Assembly (NCBI GenBank): GCA_964291495.2
Contig: OZ219871.1
Span: 1,056,001 to 1,120,000 of the forward strand
Origin: Dehalococcoidia bacterium
GTDB taxonomy: Bacteria > Chloroflexota > Dehalococcoidia > UBA2979
Reading direction: 5' to 3'
DNA length: 64,000 bases
Part shown: piece after piece, positions 26,396 through 38,476 of the stretch
Position numbering within the stretch: position 1 is the stretch's first letter
How the letters are laid out: every line of letters starts with the position of its first letter
Made by a program: the position numbers and the translations under genes
Notes under the pieces: model-generated
Seen by the model: only the letters and a program-made list of their open reading frames with translations
Database searches by the model: none
What the model was told of the DNA's origin: nothing

Positions 26396-27763
26396 ATGAC
26401 CTCAGACGCGAACAACGGCAGCGGCGCCCGCCGGGACAGCATCGATCAGCGGCAGCACGTCATCCAGGCGTGCTACGACCACGACGTCAAGTTCATTCGG
26501 CTCTGGTTCACCGACATCCTCGGCATCCTCAAGTCCGTCGCGATCACCATCGAGGAGCTCGAGCACGCCCTCGACGACGGCGTCACCTTCGACGGCGCCT
26601 CGATCGAGGGCTTCGCGCGCGTCGACGAGGCGGACGTCGTCGCCGTGCCCGACCCTTCGACCTTCCAGCTGCTGCCCTGGCGGCCGCGCGAGCAGGCCGT
26701 GGCGCGCATGTTCTGCGACCTCCGCTCGCCCCTCGGCGAACCATTCGAGGGCGACTCGCGCCAGGTGCTGAAGGACGCGATCGAGCGCGCGGCGAAGCAG
26801 GGCTTCACCTTCTACGTCTCGCCCGAGATCGAGTTCTTCTACTTCCGCGGACCGGACGGCACGGAACCGCTGGACGCTGGCGGCTACTTCGACCTCACGC
26901 CGCTCGACTCCGGGTCCGACCTGCGCCGCGAGACGGTGCTGACGCTGGAAGAGATGGGCATCGGCGTCGCGCTCAGCCACCACGAGGCGGCGCCCAGCCA
27001 GCACGAGATCGACCTGCGCTACACCGACGCGCTGACGATGGCCGACTCGATCATGACCTACCGCCTCGTCGTCAAGGAGGTCGCGCTGCGGCACGGCGCC
27101 TACGCGACCTTCATGCCGAAGCCGAACTCCGACCAGAACGGCTCCGGGATGCACCTCCAGCTCTCGCTGTTCCGGGGCGAGCAGAACGCCTTCGCGGACG
27201 AGTCGGCGCCGCACGAGCTGTCGGCCACGGCGCGCTCGTTCATGGCCGGGCTGCTGCAGCGCACGCCGGAGCTGATGCTGGTCACCAACCAGTGGGCGAA
27301 CTCCTACCGGCGCATCGTCCCCGGCTTCGAGGCGCCCACGCACGCGACCTGGTCCACCACCAACCACGCCGACCTGCTGCGCGTGCCGCAGCACAAGCCG
27401 GGCGAGGCAGTGGCGGCACGCATCGAGTACCGCGCGCCGGACGCCGCCTGCAACCCCTACCTCGCCTTCGCCGCGATCCTCGAGGCCGGCCTCGACGGCG
27501 TCGCCCGCGATGTGGCGCTCCCGGACGAGCTGGAGCGCCATATCGGCGAGCTCCCGGAGGAGGAGATCGCGAGCCGCGGCATCGAGGCGCTGCCCGCCTC
27601 GCTCGGCGACGCGATCGCGGCGTTCTCGGGCTCGGAGTTGATGGCGGACGTGCTCGGCAGCCACATCCGCGACTCGCTGGTCGCGAACAAGCGCCACGAG
27701 TGGTCGGAGTTCCGCGCCCAGGTCTCGGAGTTCGAGCTGCGCCGCTACCTGTCCGTGCTGTAG
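26396..27763 (+). CDS. glutamine synthetase family protein (GSI-alpha/GlnA2-like)
   Basis: IRLWFTDILG, FDGASIEGFAR, HHEAAPSQHEI, TFMPKP, PGFEAP, IEYRAPD. Confidence 0.9.
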   Translation: MTSDANNGSGARRDSIDQRQHVIQACYDHDVKFIRLWFTDILGILKSVAITIEELEHALDDGVTFDGASIEGFARVDEADVVAVPDPSTFQLLPWRPREQAVARMFCDLRSPLGEPFEGDSRQVLKDAIERAAKQGFTFYVSPEIEFFYFRGPDGTEPLDAGGYFDLTPLDSGSDLRRETVLTLEEMGIGVALSHHEAAPSQHEIDLRYTDALTMADSIMTYRLVVKEVALRHGAYATFMPKPNSDQNGSGMHLQLSLFRGEQNAFADESAPHELSATARSFMAGLLQRTPELMLVTNQWANSYRRIVPGFEAPTHATWSTTNHADLLRVPQHKPGEAVAARIEYRAPDAACNPYLAFAAILEAGLDGVARDVALPDELERHIGELPEEEIASRGIEALPASLGDAIAAFSGSELMADVLGSHIRDSLVANKRHEWSEFRAQVSEFELRRYLSVL

Positions 27764-27776
27764 CGGGCGGCCGCCC

Positions 27777-29222
27777 CTACCCGAACAGCACCGCCGAGGC
27801 GTCGTCCGCCACCTCGAGGACCGGCGCGGCCCAGAGGCCGACGACGAAGATGCCGATGAAGAGCACGCCGGTCACGCCGTAGGCGAGCAGCGAGGGCCGC
27901 CAGCGACCCTCCGCGCCCTCGGCCGGCGCGACGACGTACATCACCCGGATCACCTTCAGGTAGTAGTAGAGCGAGACCGTGCTCATGATCACGGCCACGC
28001 CAGAGAGCCAGAGGAAGCCCTCCTCGGCCGCCGCCTGGAAGATGAAGAACTTCGTCACGAAGCCCGCCAGCAGCGGCATCCCGCTCAGCGAGAACAGCCC
28101 CGTCGTGATCACCAGCGCGAGGTACGGCTGCGTCTCCGCCAGGCCGCAGAAGTCCTCGATGCGCTCGCTGCCGATGCGGTTGTAGACCGCGATCACGGCG
28201 ATGAAGACCGCGAGATTGGTGACCAGGTAGCCCGCCAGGTGCAGCAGCAGCGCCGAGCTCGAGGCGTCCGAGACGGTCGTGACCGCCATCAGCATGAAGC
28301 CGACCTGCCCGATCGAGGAGTAGGCGAGCAGCCGCTTGATGTTGGTCTGCACCAGCGCGATCAGGTTGCCCGTCACCATCGTCGCCACGGAGAGCGTGGC
28401 GAGCATCCACTGCCAGTCGTCCTGCACCGGCAGCAGCCCGGTCCCGAACAGCCGCAGCAGCAGCGCAAACGTCGCCGCCTTCGAGGTGGCCGCGATGTAG
28501 GCCGTCACCGGCAGCGGCGCGCCCTCGTAGGCGTCGGGCGTCCACATGTGGAACGGCACCGCCGAGGCCTTGAAGCCGAGCCCGCCGACGAGGAAGGCGA
28601 GGCCGAGCAGCAGCACCGGCGAGCCCTGCACCGAGGAGTCGCTGAGCGCCGCCGCGATGCCCTCGTAGCTCGTCGTGCCGGCTGCGCCGTAGATCAGGCT
28701 GAGGCCGTAGAGCAGCATCGCGGAGGCGACGCCGCCAAGCAGGACGTACTTCAGCCCCGCCTCGCCGGAGCGGCGGTCGTCCTTGGCCAGCGAGACGGCG
28801 ACGTAGAGCGAGAAGGAGAGCAACTCGATCGAGATGTAGGCGGTGAGCAGCTCGCGCGCCCCCGCCATGTAGATCGCGCCGATCGTGGAGACCAGCAGCA
28901 GCGCGTAGAACTCGCCCTGGTGGCGGATGTTGCGCTGGACGAACTCGTGCGAGCCGAGGATCACGACCAGCACCGTCACCGTGAACAGCACGCGGAAGAA
29001 CAGCGTGTAGTCGTCCACGCCGATCAGCCCGGCGAAGTCCGTGCTGCGGTCCGCGTAGAAGAGGCTGGCGATGCCCGCCGCGAGCGCACCGAGGGCGGCG
29101 ATCGCCGGAATGAGGCGCCTCGAGACTCCCAGGTCGCGCCGGAAGGCGTCGACCAGCAGCACGACCGCCGCGGCGCCGGCGAGGATGAACTCCGGAATCA
29201 GCAGCGCGTATTCGAAGTTCAC
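27777..29222 (-). CDS. nuoN: NADH-quinone oxidoreductase subunit N
   Basis: EAGLKY, FKASAVPFHMWTPDAYEGAP, KRLLAYSSI. Confidence 0.95.
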   Translation of the reverse strand: MNFEYALLIPEFILAGAAAVVLLVDAFRRDLGVSRRLIPAIAALGALAAGIASLFYADRSTDFAGLIGVDDYTLFFRVLFTVTVLVVILGSHEFVQRNIRHQGEFYALLLVSTIGAIYMAGARELLTAYISIELLSFSLYVAVSLAKDDRRSGEAGLKYVLLGGVASAMLLYGLSLIYGAAGTTSYEGIAAALSDSSVQGSPVLLLGLAFLVGGLGFKASAVPFHMWTPDAYEGAPLPVTAYIAATSKAATFALLLRLFGTGLLPVQDDWQWMLATLSVATMVTGNLIALVQTNIKRLLAYSSIGQVGFMLMAVTTVSDASSSALLLHLAGYLVTNLAVFIAVIAVYNRIGSERIEDFCGLAETQPYLALVITTGLFSLSGMPLLAGFVTKFFIFQAAAEEGFLWLSGVAVIMSTVSLYYYLKVIRVMYVVAPAEGAEGRWRPSLLAYGVTGVLFIGIFVVGLWAAPVLEVADDASAVLFG

Positions 29223-30709
29223 AGCAGCACCTCGGGGATGCCCGCCTCGAGGCCGGCTGCCACGCGGTCGATCCACGGCGAGGGCCAGAGGCCGAGCGCG
29301 AAGATCGAGATCGCCAGCACGGTCGCGCCGGCGCGCTCGGTCCAGCTGATCTCGCCGACGCTACTCCAGCGCGGGCTCGGCTCGCCGAAGAAGGTCTGGG
29401 CGAACATTCGCAGCAGGTAGGTAGCCGTGATCGCCGCCGTGAGCACCGCGAGCGCCCCGACCAGCGGGTAGGCGCGGAAGGCGCCGATGAAGATGTGCAG
29501 CTCGGCGATGAAGCCGGACAGCCCGGGCAGGCCGAACGAGGCGAGGCCGGCGATCACGAAGAACACCGCCCAGATCGGCATCCGCCGCGCCATGCCGGAG
29601 TAGTGGTTGAACTCGCGGTCGTGCGACTGGTCGTAGAGCGCGCCGATGAGGAGGAAGAAGAGGGCCGTCATCACGCCGTGCGCGAACATCTGCAGCACCG
29701 CGCCGCTCATCCCGATCAGGTTGAGCGTCCCGAGCCCGACGAAGACGTAGCCCATGTGCGAGACCGAGGAGAAACCGGTCATCAGCTTGAAGTCGGTCTG
29801 GCGCAGCGCACCGACCGCCCCGTAGAGCGCGCCGACGATGCCGAGCGTCAGCAGCGCCGGCGCCCAGAACTCCGCGCCCTCGGGCAGCATCTGGAAGCCG
29901 AGGCGGATGATCCCGAACGCGCCGAGCTTCATCAGCACGCCCGCGTGCAGCATCGAGACCGCCGTCGGCGCGGCGGCGTGGCCGTCGGGCGACCAGGGGT
30001 GGAGCGGGAAGATGCCGGCCAGCGTGCCGCAGCCGAGCGCGACCAGCGGGAACATCACCAGCTGGAAGTTGCGCCCGTACTCCGCGTCGAACAGCGCCGG
30101 CATGTCGAACGTCCCGAGGCCGGCTTCCGTGAAGATCCCGAAGATCGGGATGAAGATCAGGATCGAGGCAGCGACGAGCATCATCATCAGCTTCATCGCG
30201 CCGTACTCGCGCCGCCCGGAGCCCCAGACCGCGATCAGCAGGTACATGGGCAGCACCGCGGTCTCGTAGAGCAGGAACCAGAAGAACAGGTCCAGCGCGA
30301 CGAACGTGCCGTAGACGCCGGCGACGAGCACGAACAGCAGGACGAAGAAGTCCTTCAGCCTCTCCTGGATCTTCCAGGACACCCACGTCCCGCTGAGGAT
30401 CACGATCCCCGTTAACAGCACCATTGGCGCCGCGATGCCGTCGACCCCGACCTTGAGCTGGATCCCGTTCTCGCCGAGGAAGCCGGCGTTCTGCAGCCAG
30501 GGCCAGTCGATCACGCCCTGGAACTGGTCGCCGCGGTAGTCGAAGGCGAAGAAGACGTAGACGGAGATGATGAACATCGCGAGGCTCGCGAGGCCGGTGA
30601 TGGCCTTGATCGCGTTGCGCTCGCCGGACGGCGTCAGCATCAGCAGGATCGCGCTGCCCAGCGGGATCAGCGGCAGCGCCAGCAGCAGGTAGCCCTCGCT
30701 CGTGGTCAT
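29219..30709 (-). CDS. nuoM: NADH-quinone oxidoreductase subunit M
   Basis: PLHPWSPDGHAAAPT, FSSVSHMG, GLPGLSGFIAE. Confidence 0.95.
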   Translation of the reverse strand: MTTSEGYLLLALPLIPLGSAILLMLTPSGERNAIKAITGLASLAMFIISVYVFFAFDYRGDQFQGVIDWPWLQNAGFLGENGIQLKVGVDGIAAPMVLLTGIVILSGTWVSWKIQERLKDFFVLLFVLVAGVYGTFVALDLFFWFLLYETAVLPMYLLIAVWGSGRREYGAMKLMMMLVAASILIFIPIFGIFTEAGLGTFDMPALFDAEYGRNFQLVMFPLVALGCGTLAGIFPLHPWSPDGHAAAPTAVSMLHAGVLMKLGAFGIIRLGFQMLPEGAEFWAPALLTLGIVGALYGAVGALRQTDFKLMTGFSSVSHMGYVFVGLGTLNLIGMSGAVLQMFAHGVMTALFFLLIGALYDQSHDREFNHYSGMARRMPIWAVFFVIAGLASFGLPGLSGFIAELHIFIGAFRAYPLVGALAVLTAAITATYLLRMFAQTFFGEPSPRWSSVGEISWTERAGATVLAISIFALGLWPSPWIDRVAAGLEAGIPEVLL

Positions 30710-30721
30710 ACCCCGCCTGCC

Positions 30722-32626
<1,905 letters not shown>

Positions 32627-32655
32627 GCCCACGCGCTAGGCCTCCACTCCCGCGG

Positions 32656-32970
32656 CTACCACTTCAGCTCGCTCGCATCGTCGACGTAGGCGGTGCGGCG
32701 CTCGCGGAAGATGCGCAGCACGATGCCGAGCGCCAGGCCGACCTCGGCCGCGGCGACGGTGATGATGAAGATCGCGAAGATCACGCCCGTGAAGGCTTCA
32801 TGGTCGAAGTAGGCGGCGAACGCGACCATGTTGATCGTGGTCGCGGCCAGCATCAGCTCGACGGAGACGAGGATCAGGATCGCGCTGCGACGGGCGAGCA
32901 CACCGTAAAAGCCGATGCCGAAGAGCACGGCGGAGAGCACGAGGAAGTTCTCGATCGGGATGTCGCTCAC
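32656..32970 (-). CDS. nuoK: NADH-quinone oxidoreductase subunit K
   Basis: SVELML, VAAAEVGLAL. Confidence 0.95.
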   Translation of the reverse strand: MSDIPIENFLVLSAVLFGIGFYGVLARRSAILILVSVELMLAATTINMVAFAAYFDHEAFTGVIFAIFIITVAAAEVGLALGIVLRIFRERRTAYVDDASELKW

Positions 32971-33623
32971 GAGGACTCGCCTTCCTCGACCGCGTCGTCA
33001 TCCTCGTCGCGGTCGCGGCGCGCCACGGCGACGGCGCCGATCAGCGCCACGATCAGCACCAGCGAGGCGATCTCGAAGGGCGCGCCGAAGTCACGGAAGA
33101 GCCGCTCGCCGAGCGTGGTGAAGGGCGCCACGGCGGCCTCGGTCTCCGCCCAGTCCTGGTCGACCAGCGCCACGCCGACGACGGCGGCGAGCAGGATGCC
33201 GACGAGGAAGGCGAACGGCTTCTGCGCGCCGTCTGTGACCTTCGGGTCCTCGCTGGCGTTCGTGAGCATCAGACCGAAGAGCAGCAGCACGGTCACGCCG
33301 CCCCCGTAGATCAGCACCTGGACCAGCGCCAGGAACTCGGAGCCCAGCAGCAGGAAGATGCCGGCCACGCCGAGCAGCGCGATCACGAGCGAGAGCGTCG
33401 CGTGGACGATGTTGGGCAGCAGCACGGCGCCGAGCGCCCCGAGGATGATCACCGCGGCGGCGAGCCAGAAGACCACCTCCGCCGCCGTGATCTCGTCGAA
33501 GATCAGCAGTGCGATCAGGACGATCGCAATCGGCGTGATCAGCGCGCCGGCGACGAGGCCCGTGAAGATGACGATGCGATCGAGTTGCTGGGGGAACGGG
33601 ATGCGTTCTAGCAGTTCAAGCAC
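32967..33623 (-). CDS. nuoJ: NADH-quinone oxidoreductase subunit J (extra N-terminal TM segment)
   Basis: EFLALVQVLIYGGGV, PFEIASLVL; start GTG 33623 or 33635. Confidence 0.92.
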   Translation of the reverse strand: MLELLERIPFPQQLDRIVIFTGLVAGALITPIAIVLIALLIFDEITAAEVVFWLAAAVIILGALGAVLLPNIVHATLSLVIALLGVAGIFLLLGSEFLALVQVLIYGGGVTVLLLFGLMLTNASEDPKVTDGAQKPFAFLVGILLAAVVGVALVDQDWAETEAAVAPFTTLGERLFRDFGAPFEIASLVLIVALIGAVAVARRDRDEDDDAVEEGESS

Positions 33624-33692
33624 CGCGCGCCCCACCGTATCGCCGGGGTCTCCTGCCCTCGGGGCTTGCGCCCCCCGGGACGGGGACCGGCC

Positions 33693-34166
33693 CTAGATAT
33701 CGGCGACCCACTCGTCGAGTTCGCCCGCGCGATGCTGGGCGAGCAACTGCGGCAGGTCCATCACCAGGTCCGACCGGTCGTACACCGACAGCTCGTGGCC
33801 GGTCCAGGTGTTGTTCATGGCGATTGCCTCGAAGTTGCACACCTCGACGCAGATGTTGCAGCGCATGCAGCGCGCGTAGTCGATCCAGAACTTGTCGATG
33901 ATCTTGCGGCGCCGCGAGGTCCCGCCCTGGCTCTCGTGGTTGGGATTGTCCTTCATCAGGACGGTCATGCACTCGACCGGGCAGGCACGCTCGCAGGCGT
34001 GGCAGCCGGTGCAGTAGGGCTCGTCGATGTGGTCGTCCCAGAGCAGGATCGGGAACGCGCGGTCGCGCTCCGGCAGCTCCTTGTGCCCTTCCGGGTACTG
34101 CCGCGTGACCGGACGCCTCGTGAACGTCGAGAGCGTCGTCGCCATGCTCTTGAGGAGGCCCTTCAT
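33693..34166 (-). CDS. nuoI: NADH-quinone oxidoreductase subunit I
   Basis: two ferredoxin motifs CTGCHACERACP and CMRCNICVEVC. Confidence 0.94.
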   Translation of the reverse strand: MKGLLKSMATTLSTFTRRPVTRQYPEGHKELPERDRAFPILLWDDHIDEPYCTGCHACERACPVECMTVLMKDNPNHESQGGTSRRRKIIDKFWIDYARCMRCNICVEVCNFEAIAMNNTWTGHELSVYDRSDLVMDLPQLLAQHRAGELDEWVADI

Positions 34167-34241
34167 GGCCGGAAGCCTTTCACGCCCGCACCTTATGCGG
34201 TAGTGCCCGCAGGCGCGAGTCCGCCGCACCGCCCACGAGGC

Positions 34242-35372
34242 TCACGAGGCCGCCTCCGCCTCCATCGCCGGCCGCGCCAGCTGCCGCGGGCGGCGGCGCG
34301 TGATGCCGTGCTCGACGATCACGTAGAGCAGCACCAGCCCGATCACGTTCGGAATCAGCAGGAACACGTCCGGCCACTCGTAGACGAGGATCAGCCCGTT
34401 CGCGAGGATCAGCGCGAACGAGAGCGGCATCAGCACCTTCCAGGAGAAGCCCATCAGTTGGTCGATGCGCATCCGCGGCACGGTCACCCGCACCCAGAAG
34501 ACGCTGAAGATCAGCAACCCGGTCTTCGCGCTCGTCAGCGCGACCTGCCAGAGGAACCCCGCGTCCTCGCCCAGCGGCCAGGCCCAGCCGCCGAGGAACA
34601 CCGCCGAGGCGAGCAGGCAGAGGATGAACAGCCCCGCGTACTCGGCGAGGAAGAACATCGACCAGCGGATCCCGCTGTACTCGACAAACGGCCCGCCGAC
34701 CACCTCGGACTCCCCAATCGGGATGTCGAAGGGGCTGCGGTTCAGCTCGGCGAGCATCGCGACGTAGAAGATCGCGAACGCCAGCGGCTGCCAGACGATG
34801 TAGGGGATGTGCCCCTGCTGCCCGGTGATCTCGTTGAGGTTGAGGCTGCCCGCGACCATCGCCACGGCCAGCACCGCGAGGATCAGCGGCACCTCGTACG
34901 AGATGCCCTGCGCGGCGGCGCGCAGCGCGCCGATCATCGCGTAGCGGTTGTCCGAGGACCAACCGGCCATCACCCAGCCGACGACGTTCACCGAGCTGAT
35001 CGCGATCACGTAGAACAGGCCGAGCTCCAGCACGCGCACGTTCCAGTCGAACGCGAACGGAATCGCGACGAAGGCCATGAACACGGGCACGAACACGAAG
35101 TAGACGGCCAACTCGAAGATCAGCGGGTCCGCGTTCCGCGGCCGCAGATCCTCCTTGCCGAGCAGCTTGAGCGCGTCGGCGAGGGACTGGAGCAGGCCCA
35201 GCGGCCCGGTCCGCGTCGGGCCGAGGCGCATCTGGAAGCGCGCGATGATCTTGCGCTCGATGTAGATCAGGCCCATCACGACCACGGTCATCAGGCCGAC
35301 GATCAGGTGCAGCCGGATGATCGCGTCCACCCAGACGTTGACCGTCGGGAAGCCGAACAGCTCGGTGTTCAT
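34242..35372 (-). CDS. nuoH: NADH-quinone oxidoreductase subunit H
   Basis: ERKIIARFQMRLGP, ADALKLLGKE, QGISYE, NRSPFD. Confidence 0.96.
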   Translation of the reverse strand: MNTELFGFPTVNVWVDAIIRLHLIVGLMTVVVMGLIYIERKIIARFQMRLGPTRTGPLGLLQSLADALKLLGKEDLRPRNADPLIFELAVYFVFVPVFMAFVAIPFAFDWNVRVLELGLFYVIAISSVNVVGWVMAGWSSDNRYAMIGALRAAAQGISYEVPLILAVLAVAMVAGSLNLNEITGQQGHIPYIVWQPLAFAIFYVAMLAELNRSPFDIPIGESEVVGGPFVEYSGIRWSMFFLAEYAGLFILCLLASAVFLGGWAWPLGEDAGFLWQVALTSAKTGLLIFSVFWVRVTVPRMRIDQLMGFSWKVLMPLSFALILANGLILVYEWPDVFLLIPNVIGLVLLYVIVEHGITRRRPRQLARPAMEAEAAS

Positions 35373-36511
35373 CGGTCGACCTCGCAAAGCACGATGTCGA
35401 GTGAGCCGAGGACGACGACGGCGTCGGCGATGTAGCCGCCGATCGTCATGTCGCGCAGCGCCTGCAGGTTGGAGAGGCAGGCGGAGCGGATCTTGAGCCG
35501 GTGCGGGCGGTTGCCGCCCTTGCTCACCAGGTAGATCCCGTACTCGCCGCGCGGCGCCTCGGTGCGCGTGTAGACCTCGCCCGGCGGGGTGCGCAGCATC
35601 CGAGGCAGCCGGTCCGGCACGATCGGCCCCGGCTCGAGCCGCTCGAGACACTGCTCGATGATGCGGATCGACTGCCACATCTCGTTGATGCGGCACTGGA
35701 AGCGGTCGAACACGTCGCCGTGCTCACCCGTGATCACGTCGAAGTCGACCTGGTCGTAGAAGAGGTAGGGCTCGTCCTTGCGGATGTCCATCGGCACGCC
35801 GCTGGCGCGCAGCGTCGGGCCGCTCGCGCCCCAGTCGAGCGCGTCCTCGGCGCTGAGGTGGCCGACGCCCTCGGTGCGCGCGCGGAAGATCTCGTTCTGA
35901 GTCATCAGGCCGTCGAGGTCCTTGATGCCGCGGCGCGAGAGCTCCAGCGTCTCCCGCACGCGCGCCTCGAAGTTGCCGGGCACCTCCCAGGCGAGACCGC
36001 CCGCGCGGAAGTAGGCGAACATCAGGCGGTCGCCGGCGACCTCCTCGAACAGGTCCTGGATCCACTCGCGCTCGCGGAACGCGTAGGTGAACGCCGTCCC
36101 GAAGACGCCGACGTCCGTCCCGAACGCGCCGAGGAACATGAAGTGGCTGGACAGCCGGTTCAGCTCGCAGAGGATCATGCGAACCCACTGCGCCCGCTCC
36201 GGCACCTCGAGCTCGGCGAGCTGCTCGACGGCCATCACGTAGGAGAGCTCGGCGTTGAAGTTCGCCAGGTACTCGGTGCGGTCCATGTAGCCGATGCCCT
36301 GGCGGTAGTCCATCGTCTCGCAGAGCTTCTCCGCCCCGCGGTGCATGTAGCCGATGTGCGGCGTCACGTCGGTGACGAGCTCGCCGTCGATGGTCAGGAC
36401 CATGCGGAAGACGCCGTGGGTCGAGGGGTGCTGCGGCCCCATGTTGATCATGAGGTCCTGGGTCTCGAACTCGTGATCGAAGGCGGGCGTGTCCGGCACG
36501 GTGGTGGTCAC
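35369..36511 (-). CDS. nuoD: NADH-quinone oxidoreductase subunit D
   Basis: NMGPQHPSTHGVFR, GYMHRGAEK, EAPRGE, DIVLCEVDR. Confidence 0.96.
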   Translation of the reverse strand: MTTTVPDTPAFDHEFETQDLMINMGPQHPSTHGVFRMVLTIDGELVTDVTPHIGYMHRGAEKLCETMDYRQGIGYMDRTEYLANFNAELSYVMAVEQLAELEVPERAQWVRMILCELNRLSSHFMFLGAFGTDVGVFGTAFTYAFREREWIQDLFEEVAGDRLMFAYFRAGGLAWEVPGNFEARVRETLELSRRGIKDLDGLMTQNEIFRARTEGVGHLSAEDALDWGASGPTLRASGVPMDIRKDEPYLFYDQVDFDVITGEHGDVFDRFQCRINEMWQSIRIIEQCLERLEPGPIVPDRLPRMLRTPPGEVYTRTEAPRGEYGIYLVSKGGNRPHRLKIRSACLSNLQALRDMTIGGYIADAVVVLGSLDIVLCEVDR

Positions 36512-37032
36512 GGCTGCACCCCCTCGCCGTAGGCGATGCCCTCGCCCTGCAGCACCTCGATCTCGGCAAGTGGGTGCTCCTTGCGCAGCGGGAAGGTGTC
36601 GTCCATGTCGTCGGGCAGCAGCAGCGTGCGGGGATCGGGGTGACCCTCGAAGCGCACGCCGAACATCTCCGCCGTCTCGCGCTCCAGCCAGTTGGCGGCG
36701 CGCCAGACGGTGGTCGCCGTCTCGACCGTCAGGTCGTCGTTCGGCAGCCGCGTCTTGACCGTGAGGTTGAGCTTCTGCGTGGAGGAGTAGAGGTGGTAGA
36801 CGATCTCGATCCCCTCGTCCTCCCAGTCGACGCCGCTGAGGCAGCGCAGGTAGTCGAAGGCGAGGTCGGCGTTGCCCTTGAGGGCGCGCAGCCCGCGGAC
36901 CAACTCGTCCCTGGGAATCGTGACGATCAGGTCCTGCGCGCCGCGCTCGGGATCGGCGGTGATGCCGGCGAGGCAGGCGTCGACCTGCGGCCAGATGGTG
37001 CCCTCGAGGCGGTCCGCGTCGCCGTTCGTCAT
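36508..37032 (-). CDS. nuoC: NADH-quinone oxidoreductase subunit C
   Basis: [26 protein letters not shown]. Confidence 0.94.
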   Translation of the reverse strand: MTNGDADRLEGTIWPQVDACLAGITADPERGAQDLIVTIPRDELVRGLRALKGNADLAFDYLRCLSGVDWEDEGIEIVYHLYSSTQKLNLTVKTRLPNDDLTVETATTVWRAANWLERETAEMFGVRFEGHPDPRTLLLPDDMDDTFPLRKEHPLAEIEVLQGEGIAYGEGVQP

Positions 37033-37664
37033 CGGCCGGTCGCTCCGCGCTCCTCCATGATCTTCTCCTGGAGGGCCACGAAGCCGTCGAGCAGCGCCTC
37101 CGGCCGCGGCGGGCAGCCGGGCACGTAGACGTCCACCGGCACGATCTTGTCGACGCCCTGCAGCACGCGGTCGTAGCGGGTGTAGGGGCCGCCGTTGGTG
37201 GCGCAGGCGCCCATCGAGATCACCCACTTGGGATTCGGCATCTGCTCGTAGAGCAGCTTCACCGCCGGCGCCATCTTCTTCGTCACCGTCCCGGCGACGA
37301 TCATCACGTCCGACTGGCGCGGCGAGGGCCACGGCACGATCCCGAAGCGATCGAGGTCGTAGTGCGACATGTAGGTCGCGATCATCTCGATCGCGCAGCA
37401 GGCGAGGCCGAACGTCATCGGCCACAGCGAGGACTTGCGGCAGGCGGCGATGACGAGGTCCGCCGGCGCCTGCATCACGCCCGGCAGCACGATCTTGTAG
37501 AGCGCCTTGCCGGGCGTCGCCTCGACGGGGGTGAGCCTCGGCAGCTCGGCCGGGTGCTCCTGCGGAGGCGAGTACGGCATCAGCGGCAGCGGCGCCGCGT
37601 CGGGTCGTGTCTCCGGCGGAGCGGTGGTCGTCTCGGTGGTCCCGGTCGCCGGTCCTACCGCCAT
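37029..37664 (-). CDS. nuoB: NADH-quinone oxidoreductase subunit B
   Basis: [31 protein letters not shown]. Confidence 0.96.
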   Translation of the reverse strand: MAVGPATGTTETTTAPPETRPDAAPLPLMPYSPPQEHPAELPRLTPVEATPGKALYKIVLPGVMQAPADLVIAACRKSSLWPMTFGLACCAIEMIATYMSHYDLDRFGIVPWPSPRQSDVMIVAGTVTKKMAPAVKLLYEQMPNPKWVISMGACATNGGPYTRYDRVLQGVDKIVPVDVYVPGCPPRPEALLDGFVALQEKIMEERGATGR

Positions 37665-38020
37665 TGGAGCGCTCCCTTCTTCCAGGCGTAGGCGAAGCCG
37701 ACGCCGAGGATGCCCACGAAGAGCAGCATCTCGTAGTACGCCTGCGGTCCCACGCCCACGAAGGAAAGCGCCCACGGGAAGATGAAGACCGCCTCGACGT
37801 CGAAGATGATAAAGAGGATGGCGTAGAGGTAGAAGCGCATGCCCACGTTGGTGCTCGTGCGCCGTACGGGCAGCATGCCGCACTCGTAGGTCGTGGCCTT
37901 GTGTCGCTCGCTGGAGAAGGGGGCGATCAGGCGGGCGCCGATGAGGGCAGTGATAACGAGGAAGAAGCCCACGCCTGTCGCGATGAGCACGGCCAGATAG
38001 TTGTTGAACAGCGCGTCCAA
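37655..38020 (-). CDS. nuoA: NADH-quinone oxidoreductase subunit A
   Basis: [29 protein letters not shown]; start uncertain. Confidence 0.94.
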   Translation of the reverse strand: MDALFNNYLAVLIATGVGFFLVITALIGARLIAPFSSERHKATTYECGMLPVRRTSTNVGMRFYLYAILFIIFDVEAVFIFPWALSFVGVGPQAYYEMLLFVGILGVGFAYAWKKGALQWR

Positions 38021-38089
38021 TGCCTTGTCCCAGCCGCGTGTGCCGGCGCTGGCCGCCACCTGCTGCGGGGCGGATCGAGGCCCTGCGGC

Positions 38090-38118
38090 AACGTAGCAGC
38101 GGCCCCCCGCATGGTCAA
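38090..38118 (-). promoter_or_regulatory. sigma70-type promoter of the nuo operon
   Basis: TTGACC-17 bp-TACGTT with extended TGn. Confidence 0.7.
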
Positions 38119-38151
38119 CGCAGACAGGGTGCGCTCAGGCCAGCAGCAGCG

Positions 38152-38397
38152 TCACTCGATCTGCTGCCCCGCGGCGATCTCGTCGAGCATGTCGTCGATG
38201 TCGGCCGTAGGGAACTGATGCCGCGACGCGTCCTCGATTGCGCGCAACTTCCGGTCGACACGCGAGCCGCGACCCCGGAGCGCATCCCGTACCGCCCGCC
38301 GAACCCACTCGGCCACGGGCATACGCTCCCTGCGGGCCGCATCCCGTACCTCGCGATACTCTTCCTCATCCAGCAGCACCTGGAGTGGCTCCGCCAT
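38152..38397 (-). CDS. ribbon-helix-helix antitoxin (VapB/CopG-like), no adjacent toxin
   Basis: LQVLLDEEEYRE..VAEWVRRA..HQFPTADIDDMLDEI; leaderless ATG after GATACT. Confidence 0.7.
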   Translation of the reverse strand: MAEPLQVLLDEEEYREVRDAARRERMPVAEWVRRAVRDALRGRGSRVDRKLRAIEDASRHQFPTADIDDMLDEIAAGQQIE

Positions 38398-38476
38398 GGG
38401 TGCAGTATCGCCCGGATCGCGTGCGCGAGCACCCCGCATCCTGGGCAGCGCCTGCGCCTCCTGCTCCTAAACCGGC

